Below are positions 38,173 through 50,370 of a stretch of 64,000 nt of DNA, one piece after another. The position numbers and the translations under genes are program-made. The first letter of the stretch is position 1; each line of letters begins with the position of its first letter. Below the pieces are notes generated by a model. It was not told the DNA's origin. It made no database searches and saw nothing but the letters and a program-made list of their open reading frames with translations. The DNA is from Podarcis bocagei (lineage: Eukaryota): assembly GCA_964188305.1 (NCBI GenBank), contig OZ076890.1. One strand, 5' to 3'.

Positions 38173-41100
38173 GTGCCAAACAAACAGGGCTAGAAGTATA
38201 AGCCTTACAGCCTTTATAGATATTTGTGGTTGGGCCACCTTTGGAGCACTGCATGCAATTCTATTGCCCCATCCTAAATAAGGAAACTATAGAACTGGAA
38301 AAGGTACACAGAAGGGGGACAAATTCCTTACCAGGATAAAGACTTTTAAAGTTGTGAATAGTTTGAAGAGGGTGTATGATTTTTTAAAAAAGTTTCTCCA
38401 CTTCTCAAAATACTAGAGTTTAAGATTGCCCAATGAAATGAATCAGAAGTCAATTCAGACCTGACAAAAGTAAATACTGTACAAAAGTAAATTTATGGAA
38501 CTCGCTGTCACAGGATGTGGTAATGCCACTAAATAGGATGGCTTTTAATGGGCTAAACAAATGCATATAGAGGATATCGCAGCTCCTTCACATGATAGCT
38601 AAATGGAACCCCCATTTTCAAAGGCCAATGTACCAGAATATTTTCTGCTGCCAGCTGGAGACCTACTTTTTCACCCAGGCATTTGTGGGTATTAGTGCCA
38701 GTAAGAATCCTTCTATGTTATCATTTGTGCAGTGCTGCTTGTTGTGTTGATTTATTGTCTGCTCCCCTTTTTGTCTTATGGAATACTGCAATTTTTATAT
38801 ATTATTAATTGTATCTCACACTGGGTTTGTTTGTCAATGACGAGCAGGCCACATATATTAAAAAATTATTATTATTATTACATAAATACCAGAGTCTGGG
38901 GACAGCTGTGTTGCCTTGCTGCCCTGCTTGTAGATTTCCCAGAGGCATCAGTCTGGCTACTGTTGAAAGAGAATGCCGGACTAAGCGCATCTCCCCCCAC
39001 CCCCAGTCTGGTCCAGCACTGCACTTCTTAAGGTCTTATTATAGGCTGTGCATGCTCAGATCTATATATACAGACATCAGAAATGAAACCAGCACAGCCC
39101 CAAATATAGTGCCCCATCAAATAGGGCCATTACAAGCCCCCAGGAACCTGTCAATCCCTGTCAATAATCTGGGCTCCAAATCTCACTTTCTATGAATGTG
39201 GGTTTAATTTAATGTGGCTTAGATATCCCTGGTTGAATTTATGCAGGAAATTATTATAAGCTACCCTGTTTTTGTTTGTTTGTTTCTTTGTTTAATGCTT
39301 GGGTAGTTTCAATCCATCCTAAATATTTACTCTGAAGAAAGCCCCAAGGATTTTAATGGAAACTACTTCCAAGGAAGTGTGCATAGGATGGCGGATATGA
39401 CCTACTTCCAAGCAAGCAAGTTTGCTTCTCTAAGCCTGCACCCCCTCCTGCATTTAATAACACCACTGAAGTCTTCTGAAAAGCCTAAGCAAGATTGTCT
39501 TCATCTAAGCCTACAATTCACTTCCTTGATGGAAAGCACAACCTTGCAGTGCAAAAATAGACAACATCCGCTTACTTCTTACCCCCCCCACCAAAACAAG
39601 CACAAAGTAAATATAGCCTGAACTCTACCAATTCACTTTCCTTCACTTTTCAAGAGCCTCCCATCCTAAGGGCAGCCACAACTGCAATTTTGTTCAGATG
39701 TGGGAAACTGATTTTATTCCTGATCACTAGAGCTGTACCCTTTGATAGAAATATTAAGTCGGCATGCTCTCCCTTCTTAAACAAAAACAAAAAGCAGCAG
39801 AGTATTCTGTTCCTGAAGTCTGACAAGTATCCCAGTTTGTGCATTTTTAGGAATGCAGTTTGTGCATTTTTAGGAATCTGAAGTTGCAGTCCTTTGCACA
39901 CTTCTTTAAGGAGAAGGCTTAACTGAGCAAAGTGGGCCTAGCTTCTGAGTAAAACAGGATCTTTCCCTGCCGCTGCAGCCCCCTCGACTGACTAATAGCA
40001 GAATGCTTTCAAGTTAAACAACAACAGCACACAAGTGAAAGCACTGAGGTTTCAGACATCAGCCCTCCAGACCTGGATGGAAGCCCCAGTCATTTTAGCG
40101 GGCCTTCCTTCCAACTAATTTGTTTAGGATTTAGGTGTTAGAGGAGTGACCAGGTTTTCTGTTCTGTTTTTGTTTGTCTCAGTTTACGGTAGGCAGGCAT
40201 TACGCTCAAGGATCCCACCTAAAGCTAAAATCGCATATAGTCAAAACATATAGGGTGCAAGGGATGGCCAAAGTCTTTCTGTCCAGACACAGAAACTCTT
40301 TCCACCCCCTTTTAATTCCCACACACCCACCTCAAATTTTTTGCTAATCTGAATGCCCACAGGTTAAATGTGTTTAAATTGCAAGGTAACTGTACTGAGA
40401 AGCTAGTCCCATGGCCTTAATTAAAGCTTACTCCCAGAAAAATGTGCTCGGGACTGTAGCCTTAGACACTAAGTAAAGCAGGTCAAAGCTGCAATCCTAT
40501 CCATACTTATTTGAATGAACACACACACACCCCGATGAACAAGCTTGCATAGGATCCAACTGCACAGAGAACATTTGCGAAGAGAAGTGTCCCCAATATA
40601 AATGGTCAGCGCTGTTTCGTGGCTTCTTTTGCACGCGTGTTCCAGAGAGCGGCTGCAGCGCACTTTGGGAGGACGTGGGGTGCCTCCCCTCCCCCGCCCA
40701 GCTCTCCTGCTGCTACTAAATTAAGGCGATACAAAGTGCACGGAATGCTTTCCTCTAAGGAGATGTGCCGCAGAGCGGAACAGTCACCCACCCCCTTTCC
40801 TAACGGTTCGCTGACTACACTCAACTCTCCGCACAGCCAGTTTCCAGGGAAGCGACTGCTGCCGGATTCTGTATTTTTCTCCTCTAATTGCCTTATGATC
40901 AAATTAAAACCTTGTCCTTGCCTTCTGGAAGACAAGACTCACTCGCGATCCAATATATTCTTTTTACTTAATAACATATGAGAGGACACGGCCGAAATTC
41001 CATCAAGGATCGGAACTCTTCCAAGGGACTCGCGCGGGTTTCCACGGTGGGATCGCTCAGGATTCCCACTCTCGCTCTCTGGAACAGAGCCGGATAACGT

Positions 41101-42191
41101 TCAAAGCGACCCAAGCCACCTCCCTCTTCCTCCAAGTTCCACGGTTCTAAAAATAGACGCCTAGCTAAGAACCCAGGAGTTTAGCAGGTCTTTTACGTTT
41201 GTGCCTAGACATTAAATTTAGTTTAATTTAGCTTCCGGTGTTTAATTTTAGCCAGTCTTCCCCTTCCCCGCCCCCTTCTCTCCCTCTCATGCAAATCAAT
41301 ATGGCAATTACCATCTAAAAGCTTGCCCAGCCCCAGGTCAATGTAAATTGATCATTGTCCGCCTCCTACAAAATAACACCGGGAGCCTGTGGTGCATAAT
41401 GAGATTATACTGGAAAGTGTCTTGCAGATCACGAAATTATATTTCATGCAGCCAAAGGATCGTCTTCCACGCGGGCTTCCTCCTACCTGCCCTCCTCACA
41501 GCACCGCAGCGGATGAAATGGGCCAGGTGTGTGTGCATAATTTAAATGCAAGCGGAAGGGCCAGGAAATGAGCTGCCGCCGCAGCTATCACCGCTTTTCT
41601 GCCCTGGCTTTCTAATCTTTGACAGGTAACCACGAGGCAAGAACCGCGTGCATAGGTTTCTCAAGTGATGAGGAATTTTAGTTTAGCCGTCTGTGTTTTC
41701 AGGAAGCCTAAGCTGCAAAGTACTTTGGTTCCCTAGCAAATAAGGAAAATGAATACGCTTCAAGAGGACAAACTGATTTTCTACGCGGTGTGGATGGGGG
41801 GGGGGGGGTGCTGCTGCTCGCTCCTTCGACTTGGTGGCCTCCTTGCTTTCTGCCCGAAAGTCAGCTCATCCATTAAGGAAGAGTCACCGCGCACGCCAGA
41901 GGAGCCCTTGTGAAACATTCGTTAACTTTTGCCAGGAAAGCACGCCCCGGCTGCTTGCTCGCAATTCAGGGCCCGACAGTTGAACAGGGCCGAGGAAAAG
42001 GGAGGTCGCTTCAGCGTAATTCTCGTTTATCAGCCCGGCTTGGGGGAAAGGACACACAAGGATTAAACGCAGCCGGCGCTGCTCGCGGAAATGGGAACTC
42101 CCCCTGTCTGCAAACGAGGCCTCCGCTCCACGCTCGAGTCAGGGAGGGCTCTAGCGTTCTTCCTCCCTCCCACCCCACCTCCTTCGGATGT

Positions 42192-42194
<3 letters not shown>

Positions 42195-42237
<43 letters not shown>
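42195..42237. repeat. (AC)n microsatellite
   Basis: Direct inspection. Confidence 0.96.
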
Positions 42238-42241
<4 letters not shown>

Positions 42242-42607
42242 TACACGAGAACGACGTTAGTCTGGCTCTCTGGAAAGAGTCTGCTTGATCTATTTAACTG
42301 GCTAGTGCAACATTGCGCGGAGAGGAAGGAAGAGGAGGAACATACGCACCCACCCACCGCCTCCCCTCCTCCCCACCTTCTCTCTCCCACCCTCGCTACC
42401 ACTAGCATTTATTTTTAACAAGCAAGCCCAGCAGGCGAAAGCACCGGAGGCTGCGGTGCCGATCGTGTTGCATGGCTGTTTGTGAGGCCTCCCTGGAAAT
42501 GGAGGGCTAAACGCGAGATGGTGCGTTGCGCCGCGACGCCTGGTATGTAAACCGAGCAAGCAGCCGCTGAACAGAAGCCGGGACAAGCCTGCTGTGCAGG
42601 ATGAATG

Positions 42608-42625
42608 GATAGATAGCTAGATAGC

Positions 42626-42676
<51 letters not shown>
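42608..42676. repeat. (GATA)n tetranucleotide repeat with GCTA variants
   Basis: Direct inspection. Confidence 0.96.
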
Positions 42677-42978
42677 GGGCCTGATCCAAGGGGGCTTCTA
42701 AAACGCTTCAGTTCATTTCTACATTCGGTTAACACCTTCCAACCCACAGCAAAAGCCAGACAATTAAAAATAAATAAATCAGAGGGCTTATTTTAAGAAG
42801 GAGGGTTGTCTCCAGCCTAGTCCCCAACTCAGCTATAACTAAATGCCTTTGCCCCAGCTGACCATTAAAGCCTTTATCCCAGACGTAACTTCTGGTGGAG
42901 AGCTGGTGTTGTGTAGAAAGGAGTGTCAGATTGGAAATCTTCGGCTCAAATCTCAGCTCATCTAGTAGGAACTCACTA

Positions 42979-43137
42979 CTACACATATCATGCCTTAAAA
43001 GCACATATGAAGCACCCACTCCCAGGTATCCTGGGAACTGTAGTTTACCCTCTCAGAGCTACAATTCTCAGCAGTTTTAACAAACCACAGTTCCCAGGGT
43101 TCTTGGAGGTGCGTGCCTTAAATGTATATTGTGTAGG
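42979..43137. mobile_element. Palindromic MITE-like repeat; second copy at ~55749-55887
   Basis: Nested inverted arms ctacacatat/atattgtgtag and ctgggaactgt/acagttcccag. The same core tgggaactgtagtttaccc occurs near 55.8 kb. Confidence 0.65.
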
Positions 43138-43331
43138 CAGTCAAACACAACACTAGCCTACATTACAGAGGTGTTATTAAGGAATACTGAGGATGTGCTT
43201 AAAGCACTCCTGATGGTTCAAAATGGCTGCGCAAGTTGCCTCTGATAAAATGCTTTAGGAACGAGGTCTTGCGATATGAGGTATTTTGGGTTCCTCATCC
43301 TCCCTCCAGGGAGCGAATACCTAAACTACTA

Positions 43332-43557
43332 CAGTGGTACCTCAGGTTAAGAACTTAATTCGTTCTGGAGGTCTTTTCCTAACCTGAAACTGTTCTTAAC
43401 CTGAAGCACAAGTTTAACTAATGGGACCTCCTGCTGCCGCTGCGCCGCCGCTGCACGATTTCTGTTCTCATCCTGAAGCAAAGTTCTTAACCTGGGGTAA
43501 TATTTCTGGGTTAGCGGAGTCTGTAACCTGAAGCGCATGTAACCCGAGGTACCACTG
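43332..43557. mobile_element. Tigger-like MITE, 226 bp
   Basis: TA|cagtggtacctcaggtta...taacccgaggtaccactg|TA. Alignable end to end with 2868-3092. Confidence 0.9.
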
Positions 43558-46500
43558 TATGCTGATATCACCTTCTCCTCATCAGGCAGATAACCGTATA
43601 CAGAGGCGGAGGCTGCCCCGTCAAGACTAAACTGGAGAAATGAATTTTCCAAATTTACACGGGACACTCCAGCCGCTAAACCAAATGTGTTTTGAAGCCG
43701 GGGGTCTTTTGACTAGCCACAACAGAAAACAGCGTTGGCTAGCCTTGAAAACGGGCCTTGCTCTCTTATGCCTGAAGTTTGGCAAGCCACCCAAAAAAAT
43801 ACGTCCTGCATCATAGTGTCTGTGGGGAGCTCCCTTTTCAACCCTCCTGCTTACAGAACGCTGTAGGAAGCCTGTGGCGATTGCAACAAGGACTTTTAAA
43901 TTAGAAGTGCAAACTGGCCGGATGAAGGTGGGGGGAGGAGAGAGATGTAGCGGGACTCTAAGCCCCATGCCCTGAGCCCCTAAACACCTACAGTAAAGCC
44001 AGAGATTGCTCGCTGCTCCTTCAGTATTTCTGCAGCTGCTACAGTTATTTAGAGCCAAGGGCATGCGAAGCGCTGTGGAAAACACTGAAATAAAGGGGGG
44101 GGGCGGGAAATCCCATTAGAGGGAAAAGGCTAGGCTGGGAAAGGGGGAGCGAGAGGCTCCCACAGCAAGTACTTCGAAGCAGCGCCACGTTGGACTTCCC
44201 ACAGCAGGTTAGCCCTTAGATCCTAAACAGAAAGAGAAGTGAGGAAGCCATCAGATTTCCAGGAGAGAAAACTTCCACAGGCAGAACCCGAGGCCCTGAA
44301 ATGGACGGGGTTTGCTTCCATCTACTATCTTTAGAATCCAGGCGCTAGCTGCTCCGCCGTTTACGACTCCCTGGAAAGGCTTCCTGTGCCTGCGATCCAG
44401 GAGGCGCTTAAATTACGTCTGTGCAGCGAGGCCCATTAACGTCGCAAAGGGAGCTTAACCGGCTTAAGCGCAAGGGTGTGGGAAATGCAGCCGCAGGGAC
44501 TGAGGCTTGATTAGATGATCGGATTCTCACCCCCCCCACACACACACCCGCTCCTTCCCATCCCTCGCTCGCTCGCTCTCCTAGGTGTATATATTTAGCT
44601 AGCAGACACCCAGAGGGGTTTAAAAAGACTCCGAGTTCCCTCCTCCCACAATCATGCAGCAAACACGTTCAAGAAGAACTGCTTGCAGGCAGCAGGGGAG
44701 CAACCGAGACTCTCATCTGCGTGGTTGATTACAGCCCTAAAACGGACGACGTGTAATTTCAGTTCTCGCTCCAGATCGTGGGCTTGATTTCCAGGGGCCC
44801 ACTTATCCGAGGGAGGGAGGGAGCAAGTGAGAAGAGGGGAGGGGGGGGGAGAGACGCTGTAGGCTTTATTTGTCCTCGTCCCTATTAGCTATGCAGCCAA
44901 TCTATCATTTCCGGCGGTGCTTCCATCTAATTACCGATGTATTTAGATGTGACGTGCAAAGAACTGTCGAGCTGCCTGCTTGGCTCTGCGCGGACTCCTC
45001 GTCGGGAAGCTTTCCAGCGAGGGCTGGAGCGCTGCGAGCCAGGGCTCCAGACAAAGAGGGAAAGAACTGAGCCGCGTCGCGGGCAAATCCAACGCAAAGC
45101 AGCTTTCCTCCGGGGTGATAAAGGGCCAGAGAACCTCATTCGGGGGCAGCCGATGTCTGTGGGAAGGGGGGGAGGGGAGCTCCGAAGGCAGGCGCGCTTA
45201 TATTCCGCAGAGAAGGGCTTTGCTCTTCCCCTCCCACCTACCAGCCCTTCTCACAGAAAGGAGACCCCAAACAGAAGCGCGCACAGAGAGCCAGAGCCCC
45301 CGTTTGCTTCTGTCAAGTCTAATGTGTCTCAAGGCAGCCGCAGGTAAGTTTTGCCCCGGCTCTCTCCGCTTATATATTGACCAAACACAGGTGAGGCTCG
45401 CCTAGCCCCGTCGTATGGAACAAAGTCAGTCCCTACTGGGCACTCAAAAAACAAAGCACCCACACCGCCCACTCCCCATTTCTAAGAAAGGGAGAGCTGG
45501 ATTCTGCTCCTAAGGTTGTTCGCCTGGAGGTCTTTGGCCGGAGTGGCTCCGAATTCTCCGCTCTGGCTTTGTCCTTGTGAGCTATGCCTCCCTCTTCCTC
45601 CCTCCCCCCCCTCCCCAGAATGGAGAAGAGAGCGCTGAGTGGATCTCCTGCTCCAGCTCGACCCCCACCCCTTCTTCTTCCTCCTCCTCCTCCTCCACCA
45701 CCACGCCTGGCTCGCCTTGTGCTTCTCTGTGCTTGCCTGGCTCTGCCCCAACAGGACACGGGGTTAAGCGCGCTCAGCGGAGTTCCCAAACGACGAAACT
45801 TCTGGGAACGGAAGAATCTGGCACTCGGCTAGAAAAGGAGGTTCCTGGTGGTGGGAAACTGATCTTCACGGAGCATCGAGAGCAGCCCGAGGGATCGCGC
45901 CTCGGTCTCTCCCAACTTCCCCTCCCCCTGGAGACAGAAGATTTCTGCAACTGCCAGCCTCAACCCTTCACGCAGAAAAATCTACCTCGATTTCTGACTC
46001 CTGAAGGGTTAACACACACATCCACACGCACCGAATCTCGCGGTGACCTTTTCCTTTGCGACTCCCCCACTCTCCCTTTCAGGCTCCGGTTCTTCCGCTC
46101 GCAGGGAGCTTGGACGGCTGTCTAGACCGATCTATCACAGGCGAGCGAAACAATACCGGTGGGGGGGGGGAGAGAAAAGCCACCTTCCCTTTTCTCTCCT
46201 CCTCCTCCTCCAGCACCGCACCTCACCTTCGAGATGAAATGGGGTAATAAAGAACCATCACCCGCAGTACCAACAGCTGGTGGGTATGCAGAGACCCCTG
46301 AAACAGCCCACCCTCATGGCTGACAAACGGGGTTTTGTCTGTCCCTGTTTAGCGCACGCTAAATGCGCGCGGCACGTTTCGTGTCCCGCAGTTGCCCTGG
46401 GCGAAGGGCCTGGGCTCCCCTCGGAGAAAGTGTGGGGAAAGAGGGGGAGAGGCGAGATTCCAGGCCTTCCAGAGAGTGGAGAACTTAATCATTGCGTCGG

Positions 46501-48242
46501 AAGGGCTGGTTCCCAGATTCCACTCTTCTTTGCTTGTCCAAAAACTCCTTGACTCTATCTGACCTCAGCTCGAAAACGAAGCAGTTTCCGGCTTAGTAGA
46601 TGGAAAGGCCGATTCCGCAAAGAGCTGGGAAATAGCTAATGGGATGTGCGACTCACTGATCCAGAGGATACTTCCTAATTAACTCCCAGTCACCAATTCG
46701 GAGATCTCGTCTCCTGTGGCAAACCTTGCGGGATGGAGGGCGGGGAGGAAATTCCAAGTCCTGCTTTTTACGGTCCGCCGAAAAGCCATTAAGGTTGTCT
46801 TGTTCGCAAAAAGACAAAACCCACCAGCTGCCACTTAAAATACCTACATAACATCCCCACAAGGCTGGTAAAGAGGAAACAAACAAAAAGACAAAACCTT
46901 AATTGAGCCCAGTCCTCCTGGCCTGCTTTACTCCAGAGCAGTCCCACTGGCCTCAATTAAGGGAGCACAAGGCAAGGGACGGGAGCTTTTATAACCACCA
47001 GGCCCTATCGCGAGGGCACCGCATCACGCAGGCATGTCTGCCAGCGCCAACATTGCCCAGACGGAACTGTGTGTGTGTGCGTAAGAGAGAAAGAGAGCGC
47101 AAAGCTGGAAGCAGCCGCCTCCAGGAGCGGGACTCCCAAGATTAACAGCATGCAAATATGGCGGGGGGGGGGAGTGGGAGCCGATCCACTTCGGCAATGC
47201 TGAATGTAGACACCACCCCCACTCCCCGGGGACAACTTAGTTTGGCCTCGGGGCTCTGTCTCCAAGGTCCCAGGGCGATCTTGCAAGGGCGCTTCGCTTT
47301 ACTCCCCTTACAATACGGGAGGGGAGAAGTCTCGCTCTCCTTATCTCTGCTGGCAGATAGTCTTCGTGGGGCCCGTCTAAGGAGCCCTTTGGCCTAGGCC
47401 TCATGGAAAAGTTTACAAAAGCTTGACAGATCCAGCCCGCGCGACCAGAACGAGCGCAGACCGCCCTTCTGCCAAGGGAGGCGAACGCGAAGCTGCGGGG
47501 CTTCCACCGAGCAGATGGAGAGCCGAGAAGGGAATTGCTCGGGAGAATTAAATACGGAAATAAGCTCCGAGGCGATTGCCATTAAAACACCAGCACGTAT
47601 TTCCCTCGCAGCTTCTGATTCAAGGGGTTTTGGGGTTTTCCGATCTACGCTTCCCTCCACTCTCTCTCCTCCCCCCCCCCCCACCGCTTCCTTCCACCCA
47701 CATACCTCGCTTTTCTGAATCTGAGACGCAGCCGGCGAGGCAGAAACGAAAGGCGAAGGCTTCGCAAAGCTAGAGATCGCCCCCGGACTGGCTTTGCAAC
47801 AAACAAGCTACGTGCCTCAGATGCCGAGCACAAGCAACCCCGGAGTTGGCTAGGGTTTTCCAGCCAACAGCCTCCGCCATCCGCTCCTGGGAGGCAAGTT
47901 CTCAACCTCCCCGGAGCCAGAAATGAAAGGTGCAAAGGACGCCCGAAATTCCTAACGGCGGCGCTGGACCTCTTCCCACCCCCACCCCAGACTAGCAACA
48001 CAAAGTCTTTGAACTGGAACCACCAGCTCTAGAACATCGCCTCTCCGCCGCCCCCGAACCTTCTCGTTTATTCCCCCCCCCCCATAACCCGCCCAACCGA
48101 CTCCGACACCCCCCTCAAAAAGTGGCCTCGAAAACAACCGGGAAGAAAACCTCCCACAGCCTCCGCAGTCTCTTTCCAAGAGCGTTCAGAAAAGCAACAA
48201 ATACGCCCCACACACGCACCGAAAGCGAGAGCCTCTTTTTAC

Positions 48243-48411
48243 CTCAATCACGTTGGCTGTCTCTTCCCGGTACTCATCTTTGAACTTCGCTGCCGGTGGG
48301 CCAAAAGGAGAGCCAAGCAGCTCTCCGAAAACGCTCCTTTCCCCTCCACCCACTCTCCCCTTTCCCCCTGGGAGCCCAGAAGTGGCGGCTGCCAGAGGTG
48401 GGGCTTTTATA
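48243..48411 (-). promoter_or_regulatory. BCOR: Candidate alternative BCOR promoter and first exon (TATAAAAG 48411-48404, Inr CCACTTC with A at 48383, donor GAG|gtaaaa after 48243)
   Basis: TATA, initiator (28 nt downstream) and 5' splice site are co-oriented with BCOR inside a CpG island. Confidence 0.5.
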
Positions 48412-48856
48412 GCCCTTTCCAAATCCGAAAGATAAAAGAGGAGCGAGACGCCGGGAAGCCTCTTCTCTCGATCCCCCTCCGCCCGCCACCTCCTTCCTGC
48501 TGGAGCAGACAGAGCGCGACCGGCAGCTTCCCCTTTCCTCGTCGCTCGCTCGCTCCCCCCCCCCCACCACCTCGCGCCTCTCTTCACAACCCTGCAAACT
48601 TCAACAAACCCGCGCAACACACCCGCCCCTCGGAGCACTCCCCCCACCCGAGGCCTCCGCGTCCCGCCTCTCCCCGGCCAAGGCGCATTCAGGCGGTGAC
48701 CGCTGTGCTCGCGAACATCTCCCTCGCCTCCAAGCCGCCCTCCTCCTCGGAGCCCGGATCGTTTCAGGTTGAGAGACATTCTGGCAACGATCCCAACCGA
48801 GGAGAGGCAGGCTGGGACCAACGCGCGCGCTCTCTCTCTCCTACGCGCGCGCGCAC

Positions 48857-48887
<31 letters not shown>

Positions 48888-49602
48888 GAGGCGCACCCCA
48901 GCCAGGTCTGGGGGCGGGGGGTGTTGAGGAAAAAGGTCGCCTCGTCGAGGTCCCCCCTCCCCACACACGGGAGAAGTGTACCAAGACTCAAGCGTACCGC
49001 ATGCGATCGTCGCCCTTTTTGGTACTTGGCCGTCGCGGCGTTTCCGCAGAGAGAGAAAGAGAGACGAGAGAGAGAGAGAGGAGTTCAAAGGGGAGAGCGC
49101 TGACCTTAGCCTCGGCTCCGGAGATGCCGCCGTGGAGTCGCTCCGGCGTCGCTTCTAGCGTGTCCTCTCCAAAGCGAGCCACTCTCAGTCTGGCTGGGCG
49201 AGAAAAGTTTGCCAACCTCCGAGCCCAAGGGGGGGAGGAGAGACCCGGGCTGCCCCCACGTCGGACAATCCGGCCACCGGCGGACCTCGGCAGGGCAGCT
49301 GGGGCTGCGCGGGTTGGAAGGGGGGGGAGCGAGACCTACGGTCACCCCGCTTGACTATCGCTTGGGCTCAGCACCCCGCCAGCAGCAGGCTCCCTCCGGC
49401 TGCCCGACGGCTCGGCTCTGGCAGCGCCATGTTGCTGGTGTGGCTGCTCCGGGCTGGGCTCGACGGCTCCTGGCGACGGCGCCTACATGCTCTTTCTTCC
49501 CTGGCTAGAGCCCCGCGTCCTGGCGGCGGCGGCGGCGTGTGCGTGTGTGTGGCTGGGCTGGCTCTGGGGATTTAATCCACCGGGAAAGCCGCTCTTCCTC
49601 AC

Positions 49603-50370
49603 CTTGCCGCTGGGAGAGCAGGCTCCGTCTGCTGCACGCTGCCCCCCTTCGCCTCCTCCTCCTCCACCGCCTCCTCCTTCCCTTCCCCGCCCTCTCCTCT
49701 TTCCCCTCCCCTCCCCCCGGCGGGCTCAGCACTCAGGGAGCCGCCGCCAGTAGAGGCAGCGGCAGCAGCAGCACAGCCACCTCCACTCCGCTCTCCCAAG
49801 CAGCAGCAGCAGCGAGGCTTCTCTTCCCCCCCGCGCTCTCCCGGAGCTGCCTCTTTTCTTTCCTTTTTTTCCTTTCTCCAAGGCTTTTCGCTTTCTCTCC
49901 TTAATTGATTCCCCCTCCACTCCGCGGCGTTTCCTGGCTGCTCTCCCCCCCCCTTCCCCTCTCTCTCCTCCTCGCTCTGCTTGCCTTGCCCTGCCCTGCC
50001 TGAGGGCGCCCTGAGGAGACTCCGCTCTCCTTTTTGACCAGGCGAGGTGGAATAAAGGGGGGAAAGTCTCTTCCCGCCCCCTCGCCAGACTCCCTGCTCG
50101 GCTCGGCTCGCTACCCAGAAGGCCAGTGGAGAGAGAGCCGCAATTACCATAAAGCTCCTCTCCCTCCGCTTCGCCAAGCTGTCAAAGCCCCGGCAGCAGC
50201 GGCAACGGCAGTAGCAGGCGCAGCCAGACCCCCGCCAGCCAGCCAGCCAGCCCGCCCGGCTTCCTCTCCTTTTTTCGCCGGCGGCAGAAGGCTTCGCTCT
50301 CCCCCTTCCTCGACCTCCTCGCCAAGCCGAGCGAGCGCGGGCTCTTCTCCGCCTCAATATCTGCTTCTCG
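49603..50370 (-). other. BCOR: Probable main non-coding first exon of BCOR (TSS approximate, ~50.35-50.4 kb)
   Basis: Densest CpG-island segment with GC-rich triplet tracts, ending in CCCAGCGGCAAG|gtgagg. This end resembles my recollection of the mammalian exon-1 3' end, which I could not verify. Confidence 0.7.

Larger units (their letters stand above)
37340..39040 (+). mobile_element. Highly decayed CR1 LINE 3' part, interrupted by younger insertions
   Basis: Residual motifs aagtgcaaagtgatgc, gaactggaaaaggtacacagaagggggacaaa, tttatggaactcgctgtcacaggatgtgg, and 3' end gtctggtccagca...cttcttaaggtctta. Boundaries approximate. Confidence 0.65.
1..50370 (-). other. BCOR: BCOR gene, 5' portion (exon 1 to intron 6); the 3' exons encoding the ankyrin repeats and PUFD lie beyond the left edge
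   Basis: Spliced exons translate to [74 protein letters not shown]...[23 protein letters not shown], collinear with the vertebrate BCOR sequence as I recall it. The 5' end is approximate. Confidence 0.97.

Noticed and set aside
39833-39877. 23-bp tandem duplication
   Set aside because: Ordinary replication slippage with no functional signature.
34430-40780. Shared peptide SKEMC.RA / SALRHISLE in ORFs at 34.4 kb and 40.75 kb suggesting paralogous genes
   Set aside because: Both appear to be decayed copies of the ~90-bp palindromic repeat.
48186-49088. 300-aa minus-strand ORF
   Set aside because: Non-ATG start, crosses (CT)n/(TG)n repeats in the CpG island, no protein-like features.
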